From assembly GCA_005223125.1 (NCBI GenBank), contig NJBH01000004.1, positions 1 to 64,000 of the forward strand: DNA of 64,000 bases. Direction: 5' to 3'. This stretch comes from Promethearchaeota archaeon Loki_b32. GTDB lineage: Archaea; Asgardarchaeota; Lokiarchaeia; Sigyniarchaeales; SOKP01. Both the position numbers and the translations under genes were made by a program. Positions 61,901 to 64,000 of this stretch are shown here, one piece after another; positions within the stretch are counted from its first letter, which is position 1; every line of letters starts with the position of its first letter. The notes under the pieces were generated by a model that was not told where the DNA came from, searched no databases, and worked only from the letters and a program-made list of their open reading frames with translations.

Positions 61901-62056
61901 ATCTAAGGTTGGAAATGTTTTATCCAATTGAGCCATTCTTCCTCCAATTGAAGGTGTTTTTTCTACTAAATAAACTTTAAAGCCTAATTCGGTGAGATCA
62001 AGAGAAATTTGAATTCCTGCTATACCTCCTCCAATTACCAGAACTGAACCTTCCAT
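58955..62056 (-). CDS. hdrA: Large HdrA-like protein with two FAD domains (1033 aa)
   Basis: Same architecture as 20773-23886; PTLDCSLCILAP, QCAGSR…CSSVCC, CHCG. Confidence 0.92.
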   Translation of the reverse strand: MEGSVLVIGGGIAGIQISLDLTELGFKVYLVEKTPSIGGRMAQLDKTFPTLDCSLCILAPKMVEVFRNPNIELMTYHEVLQVDGEPGNFTAKILKKPRYVDETKCKGCGDCANKCPKILVPNPFEMNIGKRKSVYIPFPQAVPPIYLIDPELCLYLKKGVCQVCKKVCTADAIDFEQKPEEFDIKVGAVVVATGFEMPAENLSSRWGYRYENVVSALEYERILCASGPFDGHVMRLSDAKEPEVIAFVQCAGSRDFHENVPFCSSVCCTYTAKQAIITQEHSDNSECYVFRHDIRAYGKNFYEFTQRAQQEYGVKYFQSKISTIKEDPETKDLLIHYEDLKTGEFKDFRANLVVLASPLVPSKGVKELGNSLGIELDKYNFFQEKSYFDKFKSSRNGVFLCGFCQGPMDIPETVADASGVAALIADLLNSVKYTQMKEKVFDVPEKEIKITDEPRIGVMVCHCGINIGNYVDVPGVVEYVKNLPNVVVCEANLYSCSSDSQIRIKELIAEYDLNRFIVASCTPRTHESLFQETCQEGGLNKYLFELVNIRDQCSWVHMAEKEAATEKAIDLIRMHVAKSKLLKPQKEDKVDITHTALIIGGGVSGMTAALNIANQGFKTFIVEKESELGGNLKFLNVLYPVHKNALELLSELKEKIDKNNNIQVFLNGEIKNTKGYVGNYDVEIKDSNNKIHDVKIGTIIVATGGQEFKPSGLFEYDDKNKNVITQLELEQKLQNKDKSWLDQINRITLILCVNARQNEGITYCSNICCANSIKNVRVLKELKPELEIVVIYRDLQMAKKEFEEYYRERRKDAIFLRYDLEILPEVKKKKVSLEKYQIKVFDTNLKDNVEFETDLVILSTPMIPADNLKELAMMLKVPLDKNGFFLEAHVKLRPLDFATDGIFLCGCAQWPKNIQDSISQANGAAGRASRFLSADKITTSGLVAEVSEAKCIGCGKCEDVCPYKAIDLIEIIKEFEDISIKVKKSNINAAVCKGCGTCAATCPVGAIMVKHYDFDQISTMIDSYLLEKEEVKN

Positions 62057-63336
62057 TATTTTTCGCTCTCCGCTTTTTGATTAGAATCAACAATAGATAT
62101 TAAATTCACTAAAAATTCAGAAAAATCTACAATTTCTATTGAAGAGATATCCTCATAATCATTTTGTAAACACGTTAAATGTATTTTACATTTTGGGCAT
62201 GAAGTGACCATTATCTCCCCTGCATCTTTTGCTTCTAAAAGCCTTTTATATCGCAATGCTTTTGAACGGTCATTACAATTCATCCAAGAACTCACTCCAC
62301 AACACAAAGCATCAGTTTTATTATGTGTCATTTCATTGAACTCATATCCTAATTTTTTTAAATGGGAAAAGATTTCGCGTACATTTTCTATTATATTACT
62401 ATCTTTAGGTAAAAATCGACTTAGACGACATGGATCATGATAAGTGAATGGAATAGGTTGTTCTTTTTGAGAGGGGTTCTTAAACTCAATCTTATTTGCT
62501 TTCCAATTTTCATAAATATAGTCAATTAAATGTTTAACAACAAATTTTTTATTAAAATCTTCAAAAATGTTTTGATAATCTACTTTAAATGTCCTATAAC
62601 ATTCAGCACAGGCAGTAATGATTGTTTTAACTCCAGTTTCTTCAATTCTTTTAATATTTCTCTTTGCCAAATTGATAAATTCTTTGAGTTTTCCTTGACC
62701 CCAATATAGGTCATGTCCACAACAGATTTCATCTTGAAGAACTACTATTGGTTCTTTTTCAATCTGATACAGTATTTTTAATGTGCTTTCTGCTATAGAA
62801 TCTGAATTTTCAAACTCAAAATTAAAATAGGGTAAGCACCCAACATAATACATAATATTTCCTTGTTTTGAAATTTCACATCCCTTAGGAACCCATTCAA
62901 GAGATCTTTCTGGATTTATATGAGATTCACTCATTATTTCTGAAATAGTGGTATATACACCCTTATGAGCAACATAATCATCTGGGTTTTGACCATAGGA
63001 TTCTCGCATTTTATATTTAGCCATTCTTACAATATCTGCGAAATTTATTCCCTCTGGGCAATTTTGAAGACATGTATTACATGTTAAACAATCCCATAAT
63101 ACCCCACTCTCAATAATTTTATCTTCAAAACCCTCTAATATCATTTGGATTATCCTACTAGGTTCAAAAGTTTGAACCTTACTAAGTTGACAGACACCAC
63201 TACAACGAACACATTGATAACATCGATATAATAATTTCTTTATATCTGGTTCATAAATTTTTTCAAGATAAGAATCGATATCATCCTTGAGTTCTTTTGA
63301 ATCATCTGTTTTTGCAGTTTCAGTAATATTTTTCAC
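62056..63336 (-). CDS. HdrD-like (HdrC+CCG) Fe-S protein
   Basis: CYQCVRC, CLTCNTC, ICCG, YHDPCRL, CCG, SCPKC. Confidence 0.88.
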   Translation of the reverse strand: MKNITETAKTDDSKELKDDIDSYLEKIYEPDIKKLLYRCYQCVRCSGVCQLSKVQTFEPSRIIQMILEGFEDKIIESGVLWDCLTCNTCLQNCPEGINFADIVRMAKYKMRESYGQNPDDYVAHKGVYTTISEIMSESHINPERSLEWVPKGCEISKQGNIMYYVGCLPYFNFEFENSDSIAESTLKILYQIEKEPIVVLQDEICCGHDLYWGQGKLKEFINLAKRNIKRIEETGVKTIITACAECYRTFKVDYQNIFEDFNKKFVVKHLIDYIYENWKANKIEFKNPSQKEQPIPFTYHDPCRLSRFLPKDSNIIENVREIFSHLKKLGYEFNEMTHNKTDALCCGVSSWMNCNDRSKALRYKRLLEAKDAGEIMVTSCPKCKIHLTCLQNDYEDISSIEIVDFSEFLVNLISIVDSNQKAESEK

Positions 63337-63487
63337 TTTATTTGATTAATGCAAATTTTAATAATTTGAGCCAATAATGATTTAAAAAAAAAAGGAAATA
63401 ATTTATCTTTTCTGATTAGGTTTCATAATTCAATTGTCAAATGAGAAATTATAGATATGATAACGTTAGATTCTTTTTAATTTAAGT

Positions 63488-64000
63488 TTACGTTGCTAAT
63501 GTCCTAATCATAGCATTAATTTGTTCAAAATCGTAATGTTTAATAGAAATTGCCCCAACTGGACAATTCACCGCACAAGTTCCACATCCTTTACATAAAC
63601 CTGAATTTACAGAAGATTTTTTTATTGGTAGACTTACCTCTTCAAAATCTTTTAGGACGTTTGTAATTTCTATTGCGTTATAGGAACATGCTTCCTCACA
63701 TGTTCCACATCCGATACACAAATCTGCATCTACTTCCGCTATTAATCCAGATGTAGTAATTTCCTCTGCGCTTAAAAACCTACATGCTCTTCCTGCTGCA
63801 CCATTTCCTTGTGATATTGAATCTTGTATATTTTTTGGCCATTGAGCACATCCACACAAGAAGATCCCATCAGTAGCAAAATCTAATGGTCTTAATTTAA
63901 CATGAGCTTCTAGAAAAAAACCGTTTTTATCTAGAGGAACCTTGAGCATTTTTGCTAGCTCATCTAAATTGTCAGCTGGAATCATAGGTGTCGATAATAC
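63488..64000 (-). CDS. hdrA: C-terminal part of another HdrA-like protein (runs off window)
   Basis: LEAHVKLRPLDFATDGIFLCG, CIGCGTC, CKGCGTC; near-identical to the C-terminus of 58955-62056. Confidence 0.88.
   Translation of the reverse strand, partial: VLSTPMIPADNLDELAKMLKVPLDKNGFFLEAHVKLRPLDFATDGIFLCGCAQWPKNIQDSISQGNGAAGRACRFLSAEEITTSGLIAEVDADLCIGCGTCEEACSYNAIEITNVLKDFEEVSLPIKKSSVNSGLCKGCGTCAVNCPVGAISIKHYDFEQINAMIRTLAT

Noticed and set aside
141-62440. Numerous short antisense or overlapping ORFs in the track (e.g. 141-689, 7554-7799, 16824-17063, 19162-19539, 27686-28249, 30539-30790, 40392-40598, 57111-57368)
   Set aside because: They are shadows of well-supported genes or low-complexity AT-rich frames with no motifs

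Overview
Very AT-rich archaeal DNA. The gene set (many HdrA/MvhD/FrhB paralogues, Sec-type HdrA, thiolase plus HMGS-like/DUF35 pair, a uDENN/longin-like protein) points by inference to an Asgard archaeon, probably Lokiarchaeia. 1-10.4 kb: Fe-S/metal cluster locus (CDF-NifX, ZIP, radical SAM, IscU, Mrp, NifB/NifX proteins, two 4Fe-4S MinD-like ATPases, DUF134) tied together by a repeated TGAATAATTATTCA palindrome. 10.6-30.3 kb: redox island and the best novelty candidate. It holds an operon FrhB-like > [wHTH-HdrA-MvhD fusion] > MvhG > MvhA, whose large subunit has hallmarks of H2-sensing hydrogenases (Gln in L1, no C-terminal extension). It also holds a divergent HdrA with two in-frame UGA codons at Cys positions, an HdrD-HdrA-MvhD-FrhB module, an Mtd fused to an unusual N-terminal domain, and an FrhB-TrmB fusion. 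A shared TGAYAA-N6-TTGTCA operator/promoter architecture links these. 28.5-34.7 kb contains many decaying genes. 35-58 kb: catabolic and housekeeping genes (MoxR, thiolase pair, tyrosine phenol-lyase with duplicated 3' ends flanking a malY/patB, enolase-family, creatininase, Ser/Thr dehydratase, ADH, crotonase, MoeB/TusA/SAMP). 58.5-64 kb: a second HdrD-HdrA-MvhD module and the end of a fifth HdrA. Several genes appear to start at near-cognate codons (ATA/ATT/CTG). No rRNA, tRNA, CRISPR or transposase was recognised.
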